Part shown: positions 19,218 to 27,582 of the stretch, in pieces | How positions within the stretch are numbered: the first letter of the stretch is position 1 | Layout: each line of letters begins with the position of its first letter | Origin: a virus | Taxonomy: Duplodnaviria; Heunggongvirae; Uroviricota; Caudoviricetes | Length of the DNA stretch: 37,318 nt | Strand: one strand, 5' to 3' | IMG/VR virus record: IMGVR_UViG_3300031853_000004 | Span: 1-37,318 of that record | Notes under the pieces: generated by a model | Told to the model about the DNA's origin: nothing | Database searches by the model: none | Seen by the model: only the letters and a program-made list of their open reading frames with translations | Program-made: the position numbers and the translations under genes

Positions 19218-19535
19218 TCTTTATTTCTCTCCTATAAAATAAAATAAAATTACAAAATGGTTAATTTTTTTACTCACGCACAAAACACATTAACCACCAA
19301 AAATGCGGTCTATTTTTTTAAGTGATTGTTATACGGCGTTATACTTCTTCTAACTCTATTAATTAGCAATCACGAGTAATTAAATAGACAAAAACTGCCA
19401 CGCACCCCCAATAAGTAAAATCCCACTAAACTACAATAGAATCGTCTAGCTTTGAGAGAGATCATCCTCTGTTGAGGGAAGTCTTAAGACTATAGCTTCT
19501 GCATACCCCCGACCTATTTTTAAATAATAAAATTA

Positions 19536-19730
19536 TTATTTAACAAAATCAAAGAGATACCAATTTTTACAGCTTGAACAAGCCATAGCATTAGTACCTT
19601 CAATGCGGATCATAGGTTCGCCGCATTTTGTACATTTAAAAATTTTAAGTTTAGGAGCCTTATCTTTTCGAGGCTTTTTAATTAGGTGTTTAGCATTCAA
19701 TGCTTTTTCAAGTTGATTACCGAGTAACAA
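19536..19730 (-). CDS. Small zinc-ribbon protein
   Basis: CTKC...CSSC. Confidence 0.65.
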   Translation of the reverse strand: MLLGNQLEKALNAKHLIKKPRKDKAPKLKIFKCTKCGEPMIRIEGTNAMACSSCKNWYLFDFVK

Positions 19731-19779
19731 ACCTATCTCCTTTTCTAATATTATAACATATATTTTTTAAGTTGTCAAA

Positions 19780-19950
19780 TTAAATTTTAGGAACTCTTTT
19801 ATCAATTTCATTCTCAAAAACTTTAGTAAGACGTAAATTATATCCTTCTTCTTTTAAAAATAGCTCCTTAATGAGTCCATCTACTCTTCCTAACATTTCA
19901 GCTGCATTAGGAGCTTCAATTTCACAAATTCATAGACCAGGTACTTTCAT
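19780..19950 (-). CDS. Hypothetical protein, 56 aa, TGA at codon 7
   Basis: MKVPGL*ICEIEAPNAAEMLGRVDGLIKELF...; fills the gap between the deaminase and the next promoter. Confidence 0.45.
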
Positions 19951-19953
19951 AAA

Positions 19954-20400
19954 CTAATCCATCCTTTCATAAATATAAGAATCATTTCCAGTATAATAGA
20001 AATGACGAATACCCTTATCCCTCAAAGCTCTTTCACATGCAGGACAAGCTCTTGACAGACCTCTTGAAGTAATACGCCCATTTGAAATTCTGAAAGTATA
20101 AACATGTACGTCCTTCCAGTCAATCTGCTGAGCTACGGGATAGGGGATAGAATTAAGCGCTGCTATCTCTGCATGAGAAGCATGAACCGCAGGCTTTCCA
20201 TCCTGTCTAGAAAACTTACGATAACGCTTATTATAATATTTTTGAGTTGGGCATGTCTTACTACTATTACTACCTTGTCCAATAATATGATGCTTGTAAG
20301 TGATAACACATCCTACATGGAAATGCGGAAAATTAGAACCTTCCGCAACTTCCTTAGCCTTGGTGAACATCCGCAAATCAAAATTAGTAAAGTTAGCCAT
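19954..20400 (-). CDS. Zinc-dependent deaminase (cytidine/dCMP/TadA superfamily)
   Basis: HVGCVI, HAEIAAL and ACPAC zinc-binding motifs. Confidence 0.85.
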   Translation of the reverse strand: MANFTNFDLRMFTKAKEVAEGSNFPHFHVGCVITYKHHIIGQGSNSSKTCPTQKYYNKRYRKFSRQDGKPAVHASHAEIAALNSIPYPVAQQIDWKDVHVYTFRISNGRITSRGLSRACPACERALRDKGIRHFYYTGNDSYIYERMD

Positions 20401-20653
20401 TTATAAAACCTCACTAACAATCTACGATAGTATAAAAACTATCGCCATAAATTTCTGCGGCGCCACCTCCATTATCTTGTAACATTTCTTTTACTTTTTC
20501 AGCAATGATATGATTTTCTCCCCTCATACCAATCTTAATAGTGCTACCATTCAAGCAATACAAATAAACAGAATACAATCGCATAATTAAACCTTTCTCT
20601 TTCTTACGATATATATATTATATCATAAATTTTAAAGGTTGTCAAGAAAAAAA

Positions 20654-20923
20654 TTATTGTTCTGGTAAAATAAAAATATCATTCAATAAAATATTATCAA
20701 TAACAACTGCGGTAAAATATTTGTGATAGCTATGTCTATTAATATAATCTCTAATTTTATTCTCTACAGCTCTATTAATCCATAAATCATCAAATCTATA
20801 ATTCTTAACAGAATTTTCCAGCTTACGTCTAGAATATGTATCTGTATCTGTAACTTTTACATCGTCTATTGCAATGTTTTGTCCGTTTTCATTAAACCAA
20901 TGAACTTCTACATATACCGCCAT
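20654..20923 (-). CDS. Hypothetical protein
   Basis: Track ORF; AAGGAG RBS. Confidence 0.65.
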   Translation of the reverse strand: MAVYVEVHWFNENGQNIAIDDVKVTDTDTYSRRKLENSVKNYRFDDLWINRAVENKIRDYINRHSYHKYFTAVVIDNILLNDIFILPEQ

Positions 20924-21095
20924 TTTTAATTATCTCCTTTTACATTATTTTTAAACCTTCCACAGGCAGGAGTTGAATTATAAATAACTAAAATATGATC
21001 CTGCCCTTCTTTACTAAATTTAATTGGAATACTTTTATCACATGTGCCATATTCATCATTTAGCTCTCTAAAGAAAACACAGTCTCCACAGCACA

Positions 21096-21659
21096 TTATC
21101 TCCACCTTCTTGAATATTCATACTCAACAACAGTTGCTGCGCATGCTACATTCAAAGACCGCACACTTCCAAACATTTGAATGTATACCATTTTATCACA
21201 TAGCTCTATTTCTCTCTTGGAAAGTCCATTACTTTCTTCACCAAATAAAAAAGCAGACTTTTTAGGAAAATCCTCATCTAAAATATTGATAGGATTATAT
21301 TCCATAATATTATCTACAGCATAAACTGTATATCCAAGAGAATGGAGATAATCAACAACCTCTTCCAAATCATCACAGTGATAAACATTCTCATAATGAT
21401 TTGTCCCCGCGCAACCTCTAGTATCTAACCTGCGGCGACCTACTACGTAGACTTCTCTACCAAGGAAAGCATTATTACTACGAATCACACTACCTATATT
21501 AATATTATAGTCAACATGTTGAAGAATCATAACAACATCTGTGCGGCGAGGTTGCAAATCAGCCCGCACTTCTTCGGCTAATTGTCCTTTGTAATAATTA
21601 ATTACATTTTCCTTACCAGAGACAATTTTATTTTGACCATAACTATACTTGGTAATCAT
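21096..21659 (-). CDS. SpoU/TrmH-family RNA 2'-O-methyltransferase
   Basis: NIGSVIRS, FGEESNGLS and SLNVACAA SPOUT motifs. Confidence 0.9.
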   Translation of the reverse strand: MITKYSYGQNKIVSGKENVINYYKGQLAEEVRADLQPRRTDVVMILQHVDYNINIGSVIRSNNAFLGREVYVVGRRRLDTRGCAGTNHYENVYHCDDLEEVVDYLHSLGYTVYAVDNIMEYNPINILDEDFPKKSAFLFGEESNGLSKREIELCDKMVYIQMFGSVRSLNVACAATVVEYEYSRRWR

Positions 21660-21973
21660 TAATCCTCCAATAAGATAGGAATATACTTCATATCAAAGAG
21701 AATCTTAAAATCTTCTACTTTAAAATATCTTCCACTCTTTTTTAGCCTTGTTATTGTTTCTTGATTTGCAAGAAAATTCATATTATTAATCTTCCCACAA
21801 ATGCTACAATAGTTTATTAATACGTCCTCTTTAAAAGTATATTCTTTAAAATGAACAGATGCTACACAATATTTATCATAGATATGTTTATGATTAGACC
21901 TTTTAACTTTCTTCTTTTTATTCTTTGGTTTTACATATCTTGCATCTTCTTCACCAAAATAAACATCGTCCAT
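21659..21973 (-). CDS. Hypothetical protein (likely start MDDVYF)
   Basis: Part of track ORF 21659..22066; AAGGAGG RBS; promoter at 22007-22035. Confidence 0.65.
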   Translation of the reverse strand: MDDVYFGEEDARYVKPKNKKKKVKRSNHKHIYDKYCVASVHFKEYTFKEDVLINYCSICGKINNMNFLANQETITRLKKSGRYFKVEDFKILFDMKYIPILLED

Positions 21974-22006
21974 ATTTTCCTCCTTACAGTTTTTTTCTTT
22001 AATTAA

Positions 22007-22054
22007 ATTATACCATAAAAAAGAAAGGCAGTCAAGTAAAAACTTGACCGCCTT
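22007..22054 (-). promoter_or_regulatory. Sigma70-type promoter overlapping the terminator hairpin after the lysin genes
   Basis: TTGACT at 22030-22035, 17-nt spacer, TG-TATAAT at 22007-22012; hairpin 22025-22036 / 22043-22054. Confidence 0.75.
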
Positions 22055-22084
22055 AAAAATAGACAAATATTAATTTATCAAATT

Positions 22085-22969
22085 TTATTTCCAAAGACCT
22101 GCATTAAGTGACTCTTGAAGCCCGCACACACTGTCATGGCCGAAATAACCATCAGCTCCGCAATCTCCAACAGAGAAGCCATTATCAATTAGATATTGTT
22201 GAATCTTGGTAGAAGTCTCACGACCCCAGATACCATCAATCTCTGCTCCAACTTCCTCTTGGATTGCACTGACTAGTTGTGAACCATTTTCTTCAAAAGT
22301 AATATTATAAATATTAGAGTAGAATTCTTTATTATCACTATCTTGACCACTGATCCAGCCATCTTCATAAGTGCCTAGTTGATTTTGCCAATCAATAATA
22401 GTATTCCAACCTCCAATACCATCTACATCAAGTGTACCACCATCACGATTGTTCTTTGGATCAGTATTTACACTAGGTTCAGTATCAGAGCTTGCAGAAG
22501 AACTGCCGTTAAATGGAGGCCGCAGTACGTAAGCTACATTCCCTAAAGTACGGTATTTTTCTTGAACCGCATTTCCTACATTGCCTTCAATAGTTGGGAA
22601 ACCATAACCGTCATAGCTACCAGTAGCAAAACCAATATGGTCAGTATAGCTATCCCAATTCCAGTTAAAGATAATAACGTCACCTCTCTGGACGTCATAT
22701 TTATTAACTGAATATTGTCTTGCTCCACCATTTAGAGCAAGATCAGTGTTTTGAGAAGGGAAACCTTTCATGTATACGCCAGCTCTATCTAGAACTCATG
22801 AAGTATACATGCAACACCATCAAATTTCAGAAGAAGGGCCGGCTAACCAATCCTCTCCAGTTATTTCAGCCATCCAACGGCCATATTTAGAGCCACGTTC
22901 AGGATCGTCAGGTGCATAATATCCCAATTCTCCAAAAGCAACTCTCATTACATCTTCAGCTGTCGCCAT
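22085..22969 (-). CDS. CHAP-domain endolysin with C-terminal peptidoglycan-binding repeats, 294 aa (needs TGA=Trp)
   Basis: MATAEDVMRVAFGELGYYAPDDPERGSKYGRW...SEI*WCCMYTS*VLDRAG: TGA at 22820 and 22796 flank the catalytic Cys. GDVIIFNW, DHIG and TIEGN motifs; LDVDGIGG / DGIWG / DGYFG binding repeats. Confidence 0.92.
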
Positions 22970-22981
22970 ATTAATCACTCC

Positions 22982-24019
22982 TTACGCCCATTTTCCATCA
23001 TTTAGGGAACGTTGTAAAGCACAACAGGTATTAAAACCAAAATATCCATCTACTGCTAGACCATAATCAAATCTATTAAGATACTCTTGCATTTTCTTAA
23101 TAGTTTGCGGACCAATGATGCCGTCTACATAAGCACCAATTTGCTCTTGCATAGCTCTAACCATTGGTGAACCAGACTCATCCCATCTTACAGTAGAGAA
23201 ACGTTCCATATACTCTTCATTTGCACTATCCTGACCGTCAATCCAACCATCAACATAAGTGCCGAGCTGTCTCTGTAATTCAGAAATAGTTAGCTCACCT
23301 GCCCAACCATCAATATTAAGTTCCATATCGCCAGGCTCTTGTGGAGTAACCACTGGTTGTTCAGGAGTTCCATTTGGTGAAGTGTTGTTCTTATATCCTT
23401 CCTTAATTCTAGTAGGATAATCAATTTGGCATCAATTACAATCTACATATCCTGAAACATCATCATACACAACGTCACCATCTGAAAGTCTTATACCGCC
23501 TTGCTGCCATAAGCCAGCATCATCGCCATAAGAAGGCCAATTTCTACCTCAAGCTGCGATTCAGTCTGCATATGGAAGTAACTCATCACTATATACGTTA
23601 TTGTTTCAGGTTGAACCATTTACATAGATACCTGAATAAAATCCATTATTATTTAATGTGTCACAGAAAGTCTTAATAACATCTGTAAGAGCTCTGCGAG
23701 AAAGAGCGTATTGGCGTGGATCTTCAACGTCCATGTATACGGGAAGATCGAAAGCTTTACCAGTTAAAAGACCACCAAAGTGTTCTGCATCTTTTCTAGC
23801 TTCTGAAGTACTTGTAGTAACAGTGTAATAATATGCTCCAATATGGAGTCCTGCGGCTTTGGCGTTGCGGTAATGTGTTTCAAAGGAAGAATCTTTATAT
23901 CTTCCACCTTCATTCCCGCCAGCTTTGATAATTACACCCCATAGACCACGCTTATTTTTTCAAGCATTAAAATCTACGTTAGCGTCTCATCGAGAGACAT
24001 CAATGACTAGCTCACGCAT
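22982..24019 (-). CDS. GH25 muramidase endolysin with peptidoglycan-binding repeats, 345 aa (needs TGA=Trp)
   Basis: IDVSR*D, IIKAGG, IGAYYY, YMDVE, D*IAA*, LWQ and VDCN* motifs; six TGAs at 23987, 23960, 23606, 23561, 23549 and 23432; AAAGGAG RBS. Confidence 0.93.
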
Positions 24020-24037
24020 ATCATTCTCCTTTCTATT

Positions 24038-25600
24038 TTAATCTATTCTTTTAAGAACAGATTCACCAAAACCAAAAACAAAAAATACAAAAAGATAAAC
24101 GGAAGCAAAAACAAAAGGTACAATAAAAGTTTTCGTTATTAAGAACGAAAACACAAGTCCCGCAGTAAATTCAACTATATATTGAACTAATTCATATTTT
24201 CTTCTCTTGGAAACATAGATTAATAATCCAATAGAAAGAATGAAAATAAAGTTAATTAAGAATCAATCATTAAGACTTTCATCTGCGGTTTTAGCTTTAG
24301 CATATTCATCAATTCTCATAACAGAAGTTTTATATTCTTTAGTATCATTTAATTTAGATGATTCGGTTTGTGAAGAAGTAATATTAACTGAATTTACTTC
24401 TTTAACAGCTTGAATTAGTGTAGGCTCATTCGTAGAAACTGGAATTTTTTCTTTATTTTCCTCTTTTTGATTCTCTTCTTCAGGAATTTTTTCTTTTTCT
24501 TTTGGATCTTCTTTATCTTTTTCAGGAGTTTTTTCTTTATCTTTTTCAGGAGTTTTTTCCTCTTCTTTTTCAGGAACTTTTTCAGGAGTTTTAGGAGGTC
24601 TTACAATATTGTCCATTTTAGGAAGATATGCTAAATAAATTTGTTCTTCTGGGTAATCTAAATAATTTGGATTATATTTCTCAACTCTAGTTGGCTCTAC
24701 ACCATATCTAAGGAAACTATATGTATACAAATTAATAATATTTTTAAGTGGTGCGCCATCTGTAGTTCCATCATTGTAAGAAACTATTGTAATTGGACCA
24801 TCATTCCAAGAATCCTCAATATTTACAGCTGTCGATGCTATAAATTGTGTTGGTATTCAGTAACCATTTGTATATCCTTCTAATCTGCGGACAAATAATG
24901 CTCCACTATGAGGATATAAATTGCCTTGAGAATAAATTGATACTACATCATTGTTACCAGTATTAATAGTTTCTCATTCTCCTAAAACCATATGTTCTTT
25001 AACTGCATCATTAATATAAAAATTGCTATCTGTTACATCAGGAAAGTCAGAATCTTCAAAATTTTCATCTAAATAAATATGTACATTTGAAATTTTATAC
25101 TGTTCTGTTGAATCATTCTTTTCTACAGACATTGTCTTTGGCTCTTGAGTATTTTCAACCCAAGAGTCAGGTAAATTATCTGAATTAGTAGTTTGTTCAA
25201 CTAATTTAGAAACCGAATCCGCGGCTTTTGCTTTATCGAGTTTTTCTTGTTTTTCTAATTGTTTATTATTTTCTTCTACCTTAATATCTTCTTCTTCATT
25301 ATGTTTAGTTACTTCTTCGACATTAGTATCATATTCTTCTTTTCTTTTTGCATTTTCTTCTTCTGCATATTTATTATATTCATCAACTTTATTGTTATAA
25401 TCGTTTATTAAATTATTAGCTTCTTCTTCTGTCATATCATCTGTGATAGTGGGAGCTTGCGGCTCTACTATCTCGGTAGCAATTTCTTCTGAAGGTACTT
25501 GATTTTGTTCAAGTTCAGAAGCAATCGCAATATTTGGAATAAAGCCTATAAATATTATCATCGCTAATATTAGAAAAATAGGCATAACTATCCTTTTCAT
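24038..25600 (-). CDS. Secreted, membrane-anchored surface protein, 520 aa (joins track ORFs 24974..25600 and 24263..24730 via TGA=Trp)
   Basis: One frame open except for TGA at 24974, 24857 and 24263. Signal peptide, coiled coil, Pro/Glu/Lys repeats, then KTAD + TM + KRRK and two further hydrophobic segments. Confidence 0.8.
24510..24557. repeat. Two exact tandem 24-bp repeats encoding EKTPEKDK-type units
   Basis: TCTTTATCTTTTTCAGGAGTTTTT at 24510 and 24534, with degenerate copies to about 24595. Confidence 0.85.
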
Positions 25601-25694
25601 AATTTTTCCCCTTTCTCTTTTAAAAATTTATATAAAAATTCTTCTTGGTTTAACAAAAAAGGCTCCCATAAAGGAAGCCTTGAAAGTTCGGTAC

Positions 25695-25769
25695 TGGAGC
25701 TCCGTGAGGGTAACGCTCCCCCGTCTGATGATTACAAGTCAACTGTAATAGCTATTATACTAACGGAGC
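25695..25769 (-). tRNA. tRNA-Thr(UGU)
   Basis: Acceptor GCTCCGT/ACGGAGC, loop CT-TGT-AA, encoded CCA; atypical T-loop AGCGTTA. Confidence 0.85.
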
Positions 25770-25775
25770 TTAAAA

Positions 25776-25961
25776 TTAAGTTCATATTTGAACAAATTTA
25801 ACTTTGTTATCTTCTTGGTTTTTAACTTTGTTAAATTCTTTATCAAGCCATACTTGATATTCTTTACAGCCTTCAATTCATATTGGAGTTTTATCACACC
25901 TTTGACTGCCGCATCTAAAACAAAAATCTGTTTCTTTTAAAAATCTATCTTTTAAATCCAT
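25776..25961 (-). CDS. Small Cys-containing hypothetical protein, 61 aa, two TGA
   Basis: MDLKDRFLKETDFCFRCGSQRCDKTPI*IEGCKEY...; fills the gap between two tRNAs. Confidence 0.45.
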
Positions 25962-25973
25962 TTTAATCCAATC

Positions 25974-26051
25974 TGATCGCGCGACGCATGAATCGAACAT
26001 ACCTACTCTTATGCTTATGAGACATAATTGGACACCAGCCCACCGCCCGCA
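25974..26051 (-). tRNA. tRNA with CAU anticodon (Met or Ile2), imperfect acceptor stem
   Basis: Anticodon arm TATGT-CTCATAA-GCATA; T arm GTATG-TTCGATT-CATGC. The acceptor stem needs a bulge and there is no clean CCA. Confidence 0.6.
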
Positions 26052-26058
26052 ATATAAT

Positions 26059-26196
26059 TAAGAGGAAATAATTAGAATAGTGTAAAATACGCGCTCTACC
26101 CTTGAGCTACAAAAACGTACTGTGCTTTTGGCAAGATTCGAACTTGCAATAACGTGTCTCCTAGACATGAAGTAACTATTCTATCCATCACTCTTA
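26059..26196 (-). ncRNA. Y-RNA-like hairpin RNA 1 carrying a circularly permuted tRNA-like domain (YrlA-like topology)
   Basis: End-paired scaffold encloses, in order, T arm GCAAG-TTCGAAT-CTTGC, acceptor 3' strand CAAAAGC, short loop, acceptor 5' strand GTTTTTG and D arm GCTC-AAGGGTA-GAGC. Confidence 0.75.
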
Positions 26197-26390
26197 TTTA
26201 ATTGTTTTCAAAGTCAATCTATATTTCTATCTTGAGGGTCTGAATGGAAATAATAATCTATCCAACCAAAATCATCTTCATACATCATTTCTAGACATCC
26301 CACTGGAACTCAGATATTTTGATCTTCTTCTTCCATCTTTTGGATTTCATTTATAATCATATGAAAATTATTTTTTGAAAATTTTGCCAT
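26181..26390 (-). CDS. Small acidic hypothetical protein, 69 aa, three TGA
   Basis: MAKFSKNNFHMIINEIQKMEEEDQNI*VPVGCLEMMYEDDFGWIDYY...; GAGGG RBS. Confidence 0.4.
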
Positions 26391-26448
26391 TCATTCCCTC
26401 CTTTTATTATCACTAACTGGATGTTAAAATTTTATATTTCTGGATGCT

Positions 26449-26544
26449 TGGCAGCCCCGTCCTGTACCGCCCAGGAATAGACGAGTTTGGACCTCGCCAC
26501 ATGGTTTTGAAGACCATCTCGGTTCTTAACCGATAAGCGGGGCT
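26449..26544 (-). tRNA. Opal-decoding tRNA, anticodon UCA, long variable arm (suppressor / Sec-like)
   Basis: Acceptor AGCCCCG/CGGGGCT + G + CCA; D stem TCGGTT/AACCGA; anticodon arm ATGGT-CTTCAAA-ACCAT (anticodon 26508-26510); variable arm GGCGAG/CTCGTC; T arm TCCTG-GGCGGTA-CAGGA. Confidence 0.88.
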
Positions 26545-26546
26545 AG

Positions 26547-27290
26547 TTATATTTTCATCCATTCTTCAAAAGAATATTTTTCAATATCCCTCCTTAATTT
26601 AGGTAATTTATAAGCTACACACCATTTTTTAATAGTCGTATCTGAAACATTAAAACGCTTACCTAATTCAACAAAAGAATTATTATAAACCATTTCTTTA
26701 AAACTTTCTCGGTCAGGTCTTTCCACAGTTCTTTGAAGAAAAGAAACACACTCAGGACAATGAACACTTGTTAATTTAATTTCTTTTCCACATCTTTTAC
26801 AATAATTTTTCTTTTTTGGTTTTTGATTATGTTTTTTATTCTTACTTCCAAAAGTATCTAACTGTCTATCACAATTAGGACATACCCATCTTAAATTTTC
26901 TAATCTATTATCGTTATGAACACCATTTATGTGATCTAAAGTTAAAGTTAATTCTTTATTATTTCAAAAAGGTTCCTGTCCACAAATAGAACATTTATAA
27001 TTATTCTTTGTAGTAAAATCATCTTTAAAATGTTTTCTAATATAACCCGATGAAGCGTTTGAATCTTTGCAGAATGAATTTTCAAAAGTTCTTTCTTCTT
27101 TATTTGAAGGTATTATTGTGAAATGACTATAATCTATATCGTAATTATCTAACCTTGTTTTTATAACTTTTGAAACATTCCCTGTTAAAGATTGATAACC
27201 TAAATTTTTCGCTAATTGTATAAAATTTGTAGACTTTTTAACTCAATCTTCTAATTCTTCTTTTGAAAAATTATCAACTCTTGCTACCAT
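26547..27290 (-). CDS. HNH homing endonuclease with zinc fingers and C-terminal HTH, 247 aa (needs TGA=Trp)
   Basis: Absent from track. CSICGQEPF*NNKELTLTLDHINGVHNDNRLENLRWVCPNCD; TGA at 27243 and 26964. Confidence 0.9.
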
Positions 27291-27479
27291 TTTTATCTTC
27301 CAATCTCTTCCAAATAAACAACAATAATATTAAATAAGTAAGAAGCGTTGGAAGATTCGCTTTCAGCAAGTTAGCTATTTCTTGCCTATCTTACTTATTT
27401 ATAAATAAAAATTTTAGATGACTTTAGCCGCGTATGCGTTGATGACATGAACCGCGTAGAGGTATCATCCTGTCATGTC

Positions 27480-27552
27480 TCTACCTGGTTGGACTCGAAC
27501 CAACGATTTCCTCGTCCCAAGCGAGGAGCCTTAGCCACTGGGCCACAGGTAG
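27480..27552 (-). tRNA. tRNA-Pro(UGG)
   Basis: Acceptor CTACCTG/CAGGTAG; CCTCG-CTTGGGA-CGAGG; GTTGG-TTCGAGT-CCAAC; no encoded CCA. Confidence 0.9.
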
Positions 27553-27582
27553 TTTTATTTATTCTTTAAAAAGAGACTATTA

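Noticed and set aside
26449-26544. Canonical tRNA-Sec with selenoprotein synthesis
   Set aside because: The acceptor/T helix is 12 bp rather than 13, the TGAs occupy Trp rather than Cys positions, and no sel genes are in the window. It cannot be fully excluded without the rest of the genome.
13783-27290. TGA-containing genes as pseudogenes, or TGA=Gly (code 25), or a Mollicute host
   Set aside because: Interruptions are always TGA, never frameshifts or TAA/TAG, and they sit at Trp motif positions. Two peptidoglycan hydrolases argue against a wall-less host.
27331-27480. Hammerhead or pistol ribozyme upstream of the HNH gene
   Set aside because: A three-way-junction shape is present, but the CUGANGA/GAAA core and the pistol pseudoknot could not be found on either strand.
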